Positions 17,881 through 26,761 of a stretch of 64,000 bases of DNA are shown one piece after another. Numbering within the stretch: position 1 is the stretch's first letter; each line of letters opens with the position of its first letter. The position numbers and the translations under genes are program-made. Below the pieces are notes generated by a model that was not told where the DNA came from, made no database searches, and worked only from the letters and a program-made list of their open reading frames with translations. Origin of the DNA: a virus; IMG/VR virus record IMGVR_UViG_3300034980_000520, positions 8,249 through 72,248 of that record, one strand, 5' to 3'.

Positions 17881-20800
17881 ATGTCAGTTAAAAACTTTAA
17901 GTTCGTATCTCCCGGAGTATTCATCAATGAGATTGATAACTCGTTTATTCCGCAATCGCCAGATGCAATTGGACCCGTCGTAATCGGCCGCTCTAGAAAG
18001 GGCAAGGCAATGGAGCCTGTAAAAATCGAGTCCTACTCTGATTTTGTAAACGCTTTCGGAGATACCGTACCCGGCTTCGGCGGCGGCGATATTTACCGCG
18101 CCGGAAACCTTCAATCCCCAATGTACGGCACATATGCCGCAAAAGCGTTCCTGAACTCAAATGTAGCGCCTCTTACCTACATTCGACTTCTCGGACAACA
18201 GACATCTGTAGGTTCGGCCGCCGGCGGTGATGCTGCCGCAGGCTGGAAGGCTTCTGGCTCTGCCCCCACCGTGCAAGCTGGAGGTGTTGGAAACAACACA
18301 AACGCCGGCGCCTTTGGAATGTTCCTCTTCACGAATACCGGCGAAACAGTCGCAACAGGCTCCATTGACTTTACATCTATGGGTAATGTTGCCGCAACCA
18401 CTGCATCAATATTCACAATCGTAAGCACCGATGGGACAAGTAAAACTTACGTAGCAAAATCAGGCTCTACCGCCGGCGCTCTCGATAACGGGAACGTATC
18501 GTTTAACTTTATTGAAAACGCAGCCGCCGGCGCCTCCAGATACTACGCAATGACACAGTTGTCATCAGCAATTAACTCAGCTAATGGTCACAATGCAGGA
18601 TCAGCCGGCTCAAAGATTAAACTTAACGCAACCGCAACGGGATCGGCACCAGTGCTGTCCCTCATACAAGCTGTGGGAGGTACCGACGGAAACGTTGAAA
18701 TCACGGGCAACGCCGCCGCAAAATCGAGCGGTATTGTTTCCGGCGGTTTTGGCGGCGGCTCAGGAGAGCCTGCCATCGGAACTGGTTCACTAGCAGCAGT
18801 CTGGTATCTCCAAAACGGTGTGGTTCAACTTAGTGGAACCCTTTGGGGCGGTAGTAGTACCACTGTCACTGCTTCTAATGCAGCATTCATCACGTCAGAT
18901 TCCTCCGGAAACTATAAGATGCTTATTTCAGGCTCCGCCCAAGGTTCGCAAACGTTTACCTTCAACTTTAACGATAACAGCGAAAACTTCATTCGCAACC
19001 AGTTTAACACGAACCCGCAGCTAAAGAGTGGAAACGAAAAGACGTTTTATCCCGCTGCCACACAAGTTGATTACTGGCTCGGTGAGACATACGAACAACA
19101 CGTCAGAAACGATGGGCTTGCTGCCTCTACGTCTAGTGTCGGTATCATTGTTGCGCTAGGTTCCGGCTCAGCCGGCTCCACCCAAAACTGGGGTAATATG
19201 AAGAAGCAGGCTTCACGCGAAGCTGTTGCTGGATGGTTCATCGCACAGGATACCGGCGTAGCTACCTCCTATAACCCAGCTAATCAACAAAAGCTTTTCC
19301 GACTTGTTGGAAGCGGACACGGTGAGTGGTTGCACAAGAATCTCAAGGTTTCGATCGAAAGAGTGCGCCAATCCAATACGAACACGAACCCTTACGGTAG
19401 TTTCTCGGTGGTACTTAGAAATATTCTAGACACAGATACCGCCGTCGAGGTAGTTGAAAGATTCGATAATCTTAACTTGGACCCCACATCCCCCGATTTC
19501 ATCGCCCGCAAGATTGGCGACAGATACTCTCAATGGGATACTACCAACCGTCGCTTGCGCTACTACGGAGAATATGCCAACAAGTCTAGATTCATTCGTG
19601 TAGAGATGAACCCTGACGTCGAAGCAGGAGCAACTGATCCTTCACTGCTTCCCTTCGGCTACTATGGACCCCCTGCACCTCGCGATATTATCGATGTCAC
19701 TGGAAGGACAGAGCAATCGGCCGAAAAGCTTAAAGACAGATATATCGCGTATAGTGGCTCATACGCCGGCGGCTTCGGTGTCAGCAATGATTATCAGTTG
19801 CTTAGCGGATTGGCGGATCCTGACGAAGTAACCGGCTCGTTCAAGTTCCCGACAGATCTTCTCCGCTCTTCTAGCACAGATGGTGGTTTAACTCAACCTA
19901 CCAATGCATACTTCGGCTGGCGCACAACACGCACGGCAACGTCCAACACACCGGACGCCAGCGTGGCAGATCCACATCGCCTCCTGTTCCCAGATTTCCC
20001 GGATGATCCTACCACCGGTGGGAGCGCGACTGCAGCAGGCCGCGGCGTTACCCCTTACACCTACATCTTCAGTCTTGATAATGTTAAGAAGGACGGGGAT
20101 GATATCTACATCTATGTGTCGGGTTCACGCACAAACGACATTTCAGTCACTGCTGGCGGAACCTATAAGACGCTTCTTGATGCCAACTACAACCGATTCA
20201 CTGCACCGTTCTGGGGTGGTTTCGATGGCTGGGATATCACGAAGCCCGATCCCGTGGCTAACTCGCTTATGAGTTCTACGTCTACCGAAGACAATGATTA
20301 TGTATATCACACAATTCGTCGCACACTGGAAACAGTATCGGATGTTGGGCTTCTGGACTTCAACTTGCTGTCAATGCCCGGTTTGACTACCGATGCGCTG
20401 ACGCAATACATGATGGAAGTTTGCCAAGATCGCGCTGATGCCATGGCACTTCTGGACTTGAGCAGCGTATATACTCCTCCGCACGAAGAGTACTTAGCAA
20501 AGACGGCTAGAGCCAACAAGAATGTTGTCACAACCGCTAATGCACTCAAGGATAGAAGGCTCGATAGCTCCTATGGCGCCACATTCTACCCATGGGTTCA
20601 GACTAGAGACGCGAACACCGGACAACTTGTCTGGATTCCGCCATCCGTCGCCATGATGGGTGTTCTGGGCTCTTCTGAGTCTAAGTCTGCCGTCTGGTTC
20701 GCTCCCGCCGGCTTCAACCGCGGAGGACTTACTGAAGGCGCCGCTGGAATTCCAATTACAAATGTTTCCGAGAGGCTTTCTTCTCGCGAGCGTGACACTC

Positions 20801-21213
20801 TCTATGATGCCCGAATTAACCCCATTGCCTCGTTCCCCTCAAGTGGAATCGTGGTATTTGGACAGAAGACTCTCCAAGAGCGTCCATCGGCACTCGACAG
20901 AATTAACGTCCGTCGACTTGTCATCTACTTGAAGAAGCAAATCTCCGTCCTTTCGACGCAGATTCTCTTCGAGCAAAATGTGCAAGCCACATGGGACAGA
21001 TTTAAGGGACTTATTGAGCCATTCTTGGCAAACGTCAAGGTTCGGTTCGGTATTACCGACTATCGCTTGATTTTGGATGAGAGCACAACAACCCCCGACT
21101 TGATTGATCAGAACATTCTTTATGCGAAGATTATGGTCAAGCCAGCAAGAGCAATTGAGTTCATCGCAATTGACTTTGTTATTGCATCGACTGGTGCATC
21201 TTTCGATGACTAA
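17881..21213 (+). CDS. Contractile tail sheath protein (gp18-like) with large insertion domains
   Basis: FVSPGVFINEID N-terminus; WFAPAGFNRG, INPIASF, FGQKTL, DRINVRRL, PARAIEFIAIDF C-terminus. Confidence 0.95.
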   Translation: MSVKNFKFVSPGVFINEIDNSFIPQSPDAIGPVVIGRSRKGKAMEPVKIESYSDFVNAFGDTVPGFGGGDIYRAGNLQSPMYGTYAAKAFLNSNVAPLTYIRLLGQQTSVGSAAGGDAAAGWKASGSAPTVQAGGVGNNTNAGAFGMFLFTNTGETVATGSIDFTSMGNVAATTASIFTIVSTDGTSKTYVAKSGSTAGALDNGNVSFNFIENAAAGASRYYAMTQLSSAINSANGHNAGSAGSKIKLNATATGSAPVLSLIQAVGGTDGNVEITGNAAAKSSGIVSGGFGGGSGEPAIGTGSLAAVWYLQNGVVQLSGTLWGGSSTTVTASNAAFITSDSSGNYKMLISGSAQGSQTFTFNFNDNSENFIRNQFNTNPQLKSGNEKTFYPAATQVDYWLGETYEQHVRNDGLAASTSSVGIIVALGSGSAGSTQNWGNMKKQASREAVAGWFIAQDTGVATSYNPANQQKLFRLVGSGHGEWLHKNLKVSIERVRQSNTNTNPYGSFSVVLRNILDTDTAVEVVERFDNLNLDPTSPDFIARKIGDRYSQWDTTNRRLRYYGEYANKSRFIRVEMNPDVEAGATDPSLLPFGYYGPPAPRDIIDVTGRTEQSAEKLKDRYIAYSGSYAGGFGVSNDYQLLSGLADPDEVTGSFKFPTDLLRSSSTDGGLTQPTNAYFGWRTTRTATSNTPDASVADPHRLLFPDFPDDPTTGGSATAAGRGVTPYTYIFSLDNVKKDGDDIYIYVSGSRTNDISVTAGGTYKTLLDANYNRFTAPFWGGFDGWDITKPDPVANSLMSSTSTEDNDYVYHTIRRTLETVSDVGLLDFNLLSMPGLTTDALTQYMMEVCQDRADAMALLDLSSVYTPPHEEYLAKTARANKNVVTTANALKDRRLDSSYGATFYPWVQTRDANTGQLVWIPPSVAMMGVLGSSESKSAVWFAPAGFNRGGLTEGAAGIPITNVSERLSSRERDTLYDARINPIASFPSSGIVVFGQKTLQERPSALDRINVRRLVIYLKKQISVLSTQILFEQNVQATWDRFKGLIEPFLANVKVRFGITDYRLILDESTTTPDLIDQNILYAKIMVKPARAIEFIAIDFVIASTGASFDD

Positions 21214-21257
21214 AATTAAAATTACAAACTAGTTAAATTCAAGGGAGAAAACTAAAA

Positions 21258-21851
21258 ATGCCATTCTGGTCACAATCATTCAAGGACGATGTAAATCTCA
21301 AAGATCCTAAGAGACAATTTAGATTTACAGTATCTATTACGGGTATCAACTCGCAAAATGGAGGGCCGCTCCTCTGGTATGCAAAGAGTGTAGACAAACC
21401 TACCTTTACCCTCAGTCACACTGAGCACAAGTACCTAAACCATACATATAATTATCCCGGCAATGTAACTTGGAATGAAATTAGCATGAAGATGGTAGAT
21501 CCCGGCGGCGATCCCGACGTGACAGCCACGCTAGCAGCAATTGCGCAAGCATCTGGCTATTCGATCCCCTCCACTCCCGATGATTTAACGAGTGTCTCCA
21601 AAGCGAAAGCAACAGCGGCTATTGGACAGATTACTATCACTCAAATTGATGCTGACGGTGTTCCCGTCGAGCAGTGGACACTCTGGAATGCGATGGTGGC
21701 TGAGATCAATTTTGGTGGCACCCTTGAGTACGGAAAAGAAGAATTAGTAGAATTGTCCTTAAAAGTTAAGTACGATTGGGCTAGAATAGAGACACCGAGC
21801 AGCACTTCTTCAGCGATTGCGCTTGGTGGAAACAGTTTCTTCAACATATAA
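21258..21851 (+). CDS. Tail tube protein (gp19-like)
   Basis: DPKRQFRF, YPGNVTWNEI, EQWTLWNA, YDWA motifs; follows the sheath. Confidence 0.85.
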   Translation: MPFWSQSFKDDVNLKDPKRQFRFTVSITGINSQNGGPLLWYAKSVDKPTFTLSHTEHKYLNHTYNYPGNVTWNEISMKMVDPGGDPDVTATLAAIAQASGYSIPSTPDDLTSVSKAKATAAIGQITITQIDADGVPVEQWTLWNAMVAEINFGGTLEYGKEELVELSLKVKYDWARIETPSSTSSAIALGGNSFFNI

Positions 21852-21868
21852 AAAAATAGAGGTGTATA

Positions 21869-22726
21869 TTGTCTAGAAATAGAGACAGGACGGGCGGTGC
21901 TAACTCAGGCGCGCCCCAAGGCGAAGCCCCTGTCAATCAAATGATGAATAACAACGAGAATCAACAATCATTCTCCTTTGTTGTTCCTACTGAGTTTGTG
22001 GAATTGCCGTCAGAGGGTAAATATTACCCTTCTGGTCATCCACTCCACAATCAACCAAACATTGAAATTAAGCAGATGACAGCCAAAGAGGAAGATATCC
22101 TTACCTCACAGTCGCTGCTCAAGCAAGGTGTTGCGCTCGATCGAGTACTACAGAGTATTGTTACTGACAATCGTATCAACGTAAATTCTCTCTTGGTTGG
22201 CGATAGGAATGCTCTTTTGGTGGCATGCCGCGTTTCCGGTTACGGGAGTGATTACGAGACGCAGGTTACTTGTCCAAGTTGTCAGACGAAACAACAATAT
22301 GTTTTCGATCTTAATTCGCTTGAAACACATCAAGGTGGAAATTTTGAAAATGTGACGCCAAACGATGATGGGACATTTACAACGCCACTCCCCAGATCTA
22401 AGCTTACTGCTACATTTAGACTTCTTACGGGAAATGATGAGAAAAACCTAGAAAAACTTCGAACCAAAAACAACAACAAGCGCGACAGACTGATTACAGG
22501 ACAATTGCGGAGTATGCTGGTGGCTATTGAAGATAACGACACCGCCGAAGCTCTTAATTATGTGGTTGAGAATATGCCATCCTTAGATTCCGCCCACTTG
22601 CGTAAGTGTTATAAAGAAGTCACCCCAGATCTTGAGATGAAGCAATATTTTGAATGTACAGGTTGTGATCATGCACAGCACATGGAGGTTCCGTTAACAG
22701 CGGACTTTTTTTGGCCTAACCGCTGA
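21869..22726 (+). CDS. Baseplate hub/tail assembly chaperone (gp26-like)
   Basis: VELPSEGKYY, MTAKEEDIL, CPSC and CTGC Zn motifs, ends FFWPNR; TTG start with SD GAGG. Confidence 0.8.
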   Translation: MSRNRDRTGGANSGAPQGEAPVNQMMNNNENQQSFSFVVPTEFVELPSEGKYYPSGHPLHNQPNIEIKQMTAKEEDILTSQSLLKQGVALDRVLQSIVTDNRINVNSLLVGDRNALLVACRVSGYGSDYETQVTCPSCQTKQQYVFDLNSLETHQGGNFENVTPNDDGTFTTPLPRSKLTATFRLLTGNDEKNLEKLRTKNNNKRDRLITGQLRSMLVAIEDNDTAEALNYVVENMPSLDSAHLRKCYKEVTPDLEMKQYFECTGCDHAQHMEVPLTADFFWPNR

Positions 22727-22730
22727 ATAC

Positions 22731-22958
22731 ATGGAGAGTGTATATGAGGTGTTTTTCTTCCTGAAATATTCAGGAGGATGGTCGTTCTCGGAAGCATATA
22801 ATTTGCCGGTAGGACTAAGGAAATGGTTCGCCGAACGCTTAATAAAGCAACTGGAAATGGAGTCCGAAGCCCGCGAGTCATCAAGAAGTTCCAAAAAACA
22901 GTCTTCGCACACTCTATCCTCACAGAATCAACCTCGCGGCATAGGCCCGAACAGATAA
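22731..22958 (+). CDS. Small tail assembly chaperone C-terminal module (gp51/GT-like), probably reached by frameshift
   Basis: FFLKYSGGWSFSEAYNLPVGLRKWF; no SD; frame open back through the T7 run at 22706-22712. Confidence 0.6.
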   Translation: MESVYEVFFFLKYSGGWSFSEAYNLPVGLRKWFAERLIKQLEMESEARESSRSSKKQSSHTLSSQNQPRGIGPNR

Positions 22959-22963
22959 AGTTC

Positions 22964-22987
22964 AAAAGCCCAACTTTTTGGGCTTTT
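22964..22987 (+). terminator. Bidirectional-type terminator hairpin
   Basis: AAAAGCCCAA-CTTT-TTGGGCTTTT. Confidence 0.7.
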
Positions 22988-23014
22988 ACTATTTATTATA
23001 ATAAGGTTTTTTAA

Positions 23015-25336
23015 GTGGCAACATTAGACGACATTAAATCAGTATTAGAGGGCATTAGATCCGATTTGGGATCAGGCACCGGCTCAACATCTGGTGGCAC
23101 CCCGCTTAGCGCCGCCGATTTAGCCGATCACGCCCAAGCCTTGCGAGACAACACTGCAGCAACAGAGGAGTTGGGCAGAGAAACAGAGCGCTCCACCACC
23201 CGCATGCGGGACATGGATGAGACGACTCGAGAAGCCGATGGCACCTTGCAAAAGCTCGCCCGCAACATAAAGCACGTTGGCAGTTCGATGCTTTCAATGC
23301 AGGGCTCCCTCAACATGATGGTGGATGGCTTGATCAAAATTGGAAAGGGCCTCGTACAAGTAGCTAAAAAATCCCTCGATGCCACCAACAAACTAAACGA
23401 ACTAACAACAGGTATGAGGGCACAAACGGGCGCCAGTGACGCTCTCGTTAATTCCATTGGCAAAGTATATGACAGGACTCTCATGATGGGAGTGTCCTTA
23501 GAAGAAGCTGCGTCAGCAACCAACACATTAATGCATGGTATGTCCGATTTCACGAAGATAACGGAGGATCAACAAGAAGCCCTTGTTAGAGATTCCGCTA
23601 CCCTTCAAGAAATTGGTGTGAGTTTCGAGGCATTTTCGAGCATCGTGGAGACTGGAACTAAGCTTTTAGGAATGGGAGCCTCCGAATCTGCAGACATGGT
23701 GTATAAGCTTCGCGGCGCTTCAAGAGATATGGGCATACCCCTCGACACCATGATGCAGAAACTGCCCCAGTTGACAGATAAATTGGCAGATATGGGCGAT
23801 CAAACGTTTCAGACTGCCATTGACATGATGAAGCTCAATAAGGAAACGGGAGCATCGCTGGATGCCATTTCTCAGCTTGATAGTCAAATGTATTCATTCG
23901 AGGGTGCCACCAAATTTGCTGCCGGCATGAACCAGGCGCTCCAGGGTACCTTCTTTAATCCCCACGAACTGATGCAAGCATATGACGAAGGCGCTCCTGC
24001 CGTCGCCAAGTTGATAGCGACAACCTTTAACGACGCCGGCAAAGATATAGGTTCAATGGGTCGTCGAGAATTGAAATTCTTCGCAGATCGCGCTGGCATT
24101 GGTGTAGCAGATTTCAAGAAGCTTCTTGGAAATGAAATGGGAACCCTCGATTCGGAAATGGGCAAGACTGCAACAGATCGCGCCGCGGCAGAAGCTGATG
24201 CCAGCTATGGGATGAAAAGCCAGGTGGATCAGATGAAAAACTTCAAGAAGGCTTTTGAAGAATTGCCCGTCGCAGCAGTTGAAGAGAAAGTGCGCCAGAT
24301 ACAAAATCACCTTGGCCCTGCGGCACTTGATACCGCTAAAATGGCTCGCGATTTCGAAATCGTGGGAGCGGAAGCGAATGCGATCGAAGGAGCCTTAGCG
24401 GCAACCGCGGCAAATGCCGCGACAGTCGCCAAAGAAGGAGCCTCCGGCGAGATCATCGGCGGTATAGGGCTCTTCATCGCAGGAATGGCGAGATCTATCC
24501 CGTCGCTTATCGTAAAAATCCCAGCATTCTTCATGAGCGTCATGGGAGGTATCAGCAGTATGATCTCTGCTGTATATTACGCGATCTGGGCGGGGATGGT
24601 TGATTTCTTCGCACTGAGCACCGGTGCGATGGCGGGGGCGATCGCGGCAGTTGCAACCTTTGTTTACGGCACTTATAATGCAATTACAGATGTGCATGGT
24701 GCAATTTTTGAAGTAATTGCCGCCGGCGGTGATTGGGTAGATCAGATGATTGCAGCCCCAATAGCTATTATGCACGGCTTCGGCAGGGCATTAGACTTCA
24801 TTCTGAGCGGCTTCGGATTATTTGAAGAAGGCTTCCTCTCGTGGATCAGTCGCATGTTTAATCCCGGCGGCAAAAGTTTCTTAGAGGCTTATCTGGAGAT
24901 TGATTGGGGTCATATGAGCGAGGGGATGGACGAATCATTGATCGCAATTGCAAAAAATCTGGAAGAGTTCGGCTATGAATTTGCGGATCTGTTCGCCCGC
25001 CCGATCTCCTGGATTAAAGATCAATGGGGTTCTATGGTTGGTTGGTTCGCGACGACGTTCGCGACACTCGGTCCAGAGATAGAGTCAGTTATGAATGATA
25101 TGATCGCGGAGATGCCGGCACCAATACGTTACGCGATCAATAATGCCGGCAAGCTGGGAGACTTAGCATCCGGCGCAGCTACGGCAGCATCAGAAAGTTA
25201 CGATGGGCTGATAGAGGCTCTCACCGGAAAGGATGCCGAACAAAATATAACGGTTGTTCAGGAATTGGATGGTGAACCAATGAAGAAGACGATACTTAAG
25301 GTAGTGGGCGGCGTAGTACAGCCGCTAACACAATAG
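23015..25336 (+). CDS. Tape measure protein
   Basis: 773 aa, helical, Ala/Gly/Met-rich, with hydrophobic segments; follows the tube and chaperone genes. Confidence 0.8.
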   Translation: MATLDDIKSVLEGIRSDLGSGTGSTSGGTPLSAADLADHAQALRDNTAATEELGRETERSTTRMRDMDETTREADGTLQKLARNIKHVGSSMLSMQGSLNMMVDGLIKIGKGLVQVAKKSLDATNKLNELTTGMRAQTGASDALVNSIGKVYDRTLMMGVSLEEAASATNTLMHGMSDFTKITEDQQEALVRDSATLQEIGVSFEAFSSIVETGTKLLGMGASESADMVYKLRGASRDMGIPLDTMMQKLPQLTDKLADMGDQTFQTAIDMMKLNKETGASLDAISQLDSQMYSFEGATKFAAGMNQALQGTFFNPHELMQAYDEGAPAVAKLIATTFNDAGKDIGSMGRRELKFFADRAGIGVADFKKLLGNEMGTLDSEMGKTATDRAAAEADASYGMKSQVDQMKNFKKAFEELPVAAVEEKVRQIQNHLGPAALDTAKMARDFEIVGAEANAIEGALAATAANAATVAKEGASGEIIGGIGLFIAGMARSIPSLIVKIPAFFMSVMGGISSMISAVYYAIWAGMVDFFALSTGAMAGAIAAVATFVYGTYNAITDVHGAIFEVIAAGGDWVDQMIAAPIAIMHGFGRALDFILSGFGLFEEGFLSWISRMFNPGGKSFLEAYLEIDWGHMSEGMDESLIAIAKNLEEFGYEFADLFARPISWIKDQWGSMVGWFATTFATLGPEIESVMNDMIAEMPAPIRYAINNAGKLGDLASGAATAASESYDGLIEALTGKDAEQNITVVQELDGEPMKKTILKVVGGVVQPLTQ

Positions 25337-25346
25337 GAGATAGGAA

Positions 25347-26417
25347 ATGGCAGGTAATAGCGACGACACTAACTTTTTTTGGCAATCTAAGTACGGTACT
25401 GAAACGTGGGTGGGGACAGAAAACCTTGTAGACGTCACAGATTCGTATGCAAACAATCTCAAATACAGAATAGGCTTCTATCATGTTCCATCTGGAAAGA
25501 TGGTATATTTTAAGGCATTCATAACCAATTACAAAGAAGATTTCGTAAGCGACTGGAAAGAAGAACCCATCTTCGGTAGAACCGACGGCATCTATACTTA
25601 TAGCTCCACCAAGCGTAAAATTAGTCTTTCTTTTGATGTTCCTGCTGCATCCGAAAGCGAAGCATACGAAAACATGGGAAGAATCCAACGATTAATCCAG
25701 TTTCAGTATCCCTCTTATGATGAAACAGGGCAATCGATCGGTGCCGGTGGAGAGCACCACAAAGAGCGTGTAATTGGACAATCTCCGCTAGTGAGAATTA
25801 GTGTTATGAACCTGCTACAACGCCCCCCGGTGGGCAAAAAAATGAAAAATGGCAGCGACGAGAGAACAAAGAAATCTAGAAGAGATTTGCTGAATGGTTA
25901 TACTCGAGAGGATCAGACAGCAGCTGCCGGCATCCTAGCAGCAATCAACAGCCTCTCCTTAGATACGGACGTCGGCAAGCATGCAATATTCGAAAAAGCA
26001 CCCGGGACAGTGCTCCCTCAGTTTTTTAGCGTTAGCCTGGACTTCTTTGTGATTCACGAAGATACGCTCGGCTTTGATCAGCAAGGCAACTCGTTGCTTC
26101 CAAATTATCCATGGGACGTGTGGCTCAAGGAGCCTTCCGATGCTGAAGTGCAAGCAACCGAACAAAGCACCGCAGCCCGTACCGAAATGCTGCTCAATAA
26201 CCAAGCTGCCGAAGACATCGCTAAAGCGCGCTACAGCGGGCTCGGTGCCAAAGGCAGAGCCAAGAGGGATATGAGAAAGTATGGGCGTATTGCTAAGCGC
26301 GCTGAAAAGCGGGGTCCAAATTCACGTGCAGCAGGAAGAATTCAAGAAGGCTCCTTCGATCGCGAGTTGTTCGAGGAAGCGGCTGATGCAGCACAAGACA
26401 ACGATTGGGACTGGTAG
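25347..26417 (+). CDS. Baseplate tube-initiator-like protein (gp48/gp54-like)
   Basis: FKAFIT...W....FGRTD.IYTY..TKRKISLSF tube-fold motif; position after the TMP. Confidence 0.6.
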   Translation: MAGNSDDTNFFWQSKYGTETWVGTENLVDVTDSYANNLKYRIGFYHVPSGKMVYFKAFITNYKEDFVSDWKEEPIFGRTDGIYTYSSTKRKISLSFDVPAASESEAYENMGRIQRLIQFQYPSYDETGQSIGAGGEHHKERVIGQSPLVRISVMNLLQRPPVGKKMKNGSDERTKKSRRDLLNGYTREDQTAAAGILAAINSLSLDTDVGKHAIFEKAPGTVLPQFFSVSLDFFVIHEDTLGFDQQGNSLLPNYPWDVWLKEPSDAEVQATEQSTAARTEMLLNNQAAEDIAKARYSGLGAKGRAKRDMRKYGRIAKRAEKRGPNSRAAGRIQEGSFDRELFEEAADAAQDNDWDW

Positions 26418-26427
26418 GGACATATAA

Positions 26428-26760
26428 ATGAGATACAAGGGAACTAAAATATTTTCAAACAATGAAGACTATTATGAGTATTTGCGCCGAGAGCGCAAGC
26501 TGAAGTCTGTGGATCATTACGCAACACCGATCCTTAGAAATCCCACAGTAGGCCAGCGCGCATCTCTCGTAACCAATCAACATATCTGGAAATATGGCGA
26601 TCGGTTATCCAATCTCGCCTTTAAATATTATGGCGATGTGAGATACTGGTGGGTGATTGCATGGTACAACGCAGTACCCACCGAAGCATCATTAGAAAAT
26701 GGCGACTTGATAGCCATACCAGTCAACTTAGGAAAAACTTTGGCTGTTTTAGGGGTATAA
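26428..26760 (+). CDS. LysM-domain baseplate protein (gp53/tail X-like)
   Basis: GDRLSNLAFKYYGDVRYWWVIAWYN...GDLIAIP. Confidence 0.8.
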   Translation: MRYKGTKIFSNNEDYYEYLRRERKLKSVDHYATPILRNPTVGQRASLVTNQHIWKYGDRLSNLAFKYYGDVRYWWVIAWYNAVPTEASLENGDLIAIPVNLGKTLAVLGV

Positions 26761-26761
26761 A

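Noticed and set aside
22705-22719. Canonical -1 frameshift at the chaperone slippery site
   Set aside because: The -1 frame hits TAA after four codons; only the +1/-2 frame reaches the downstream ORF.
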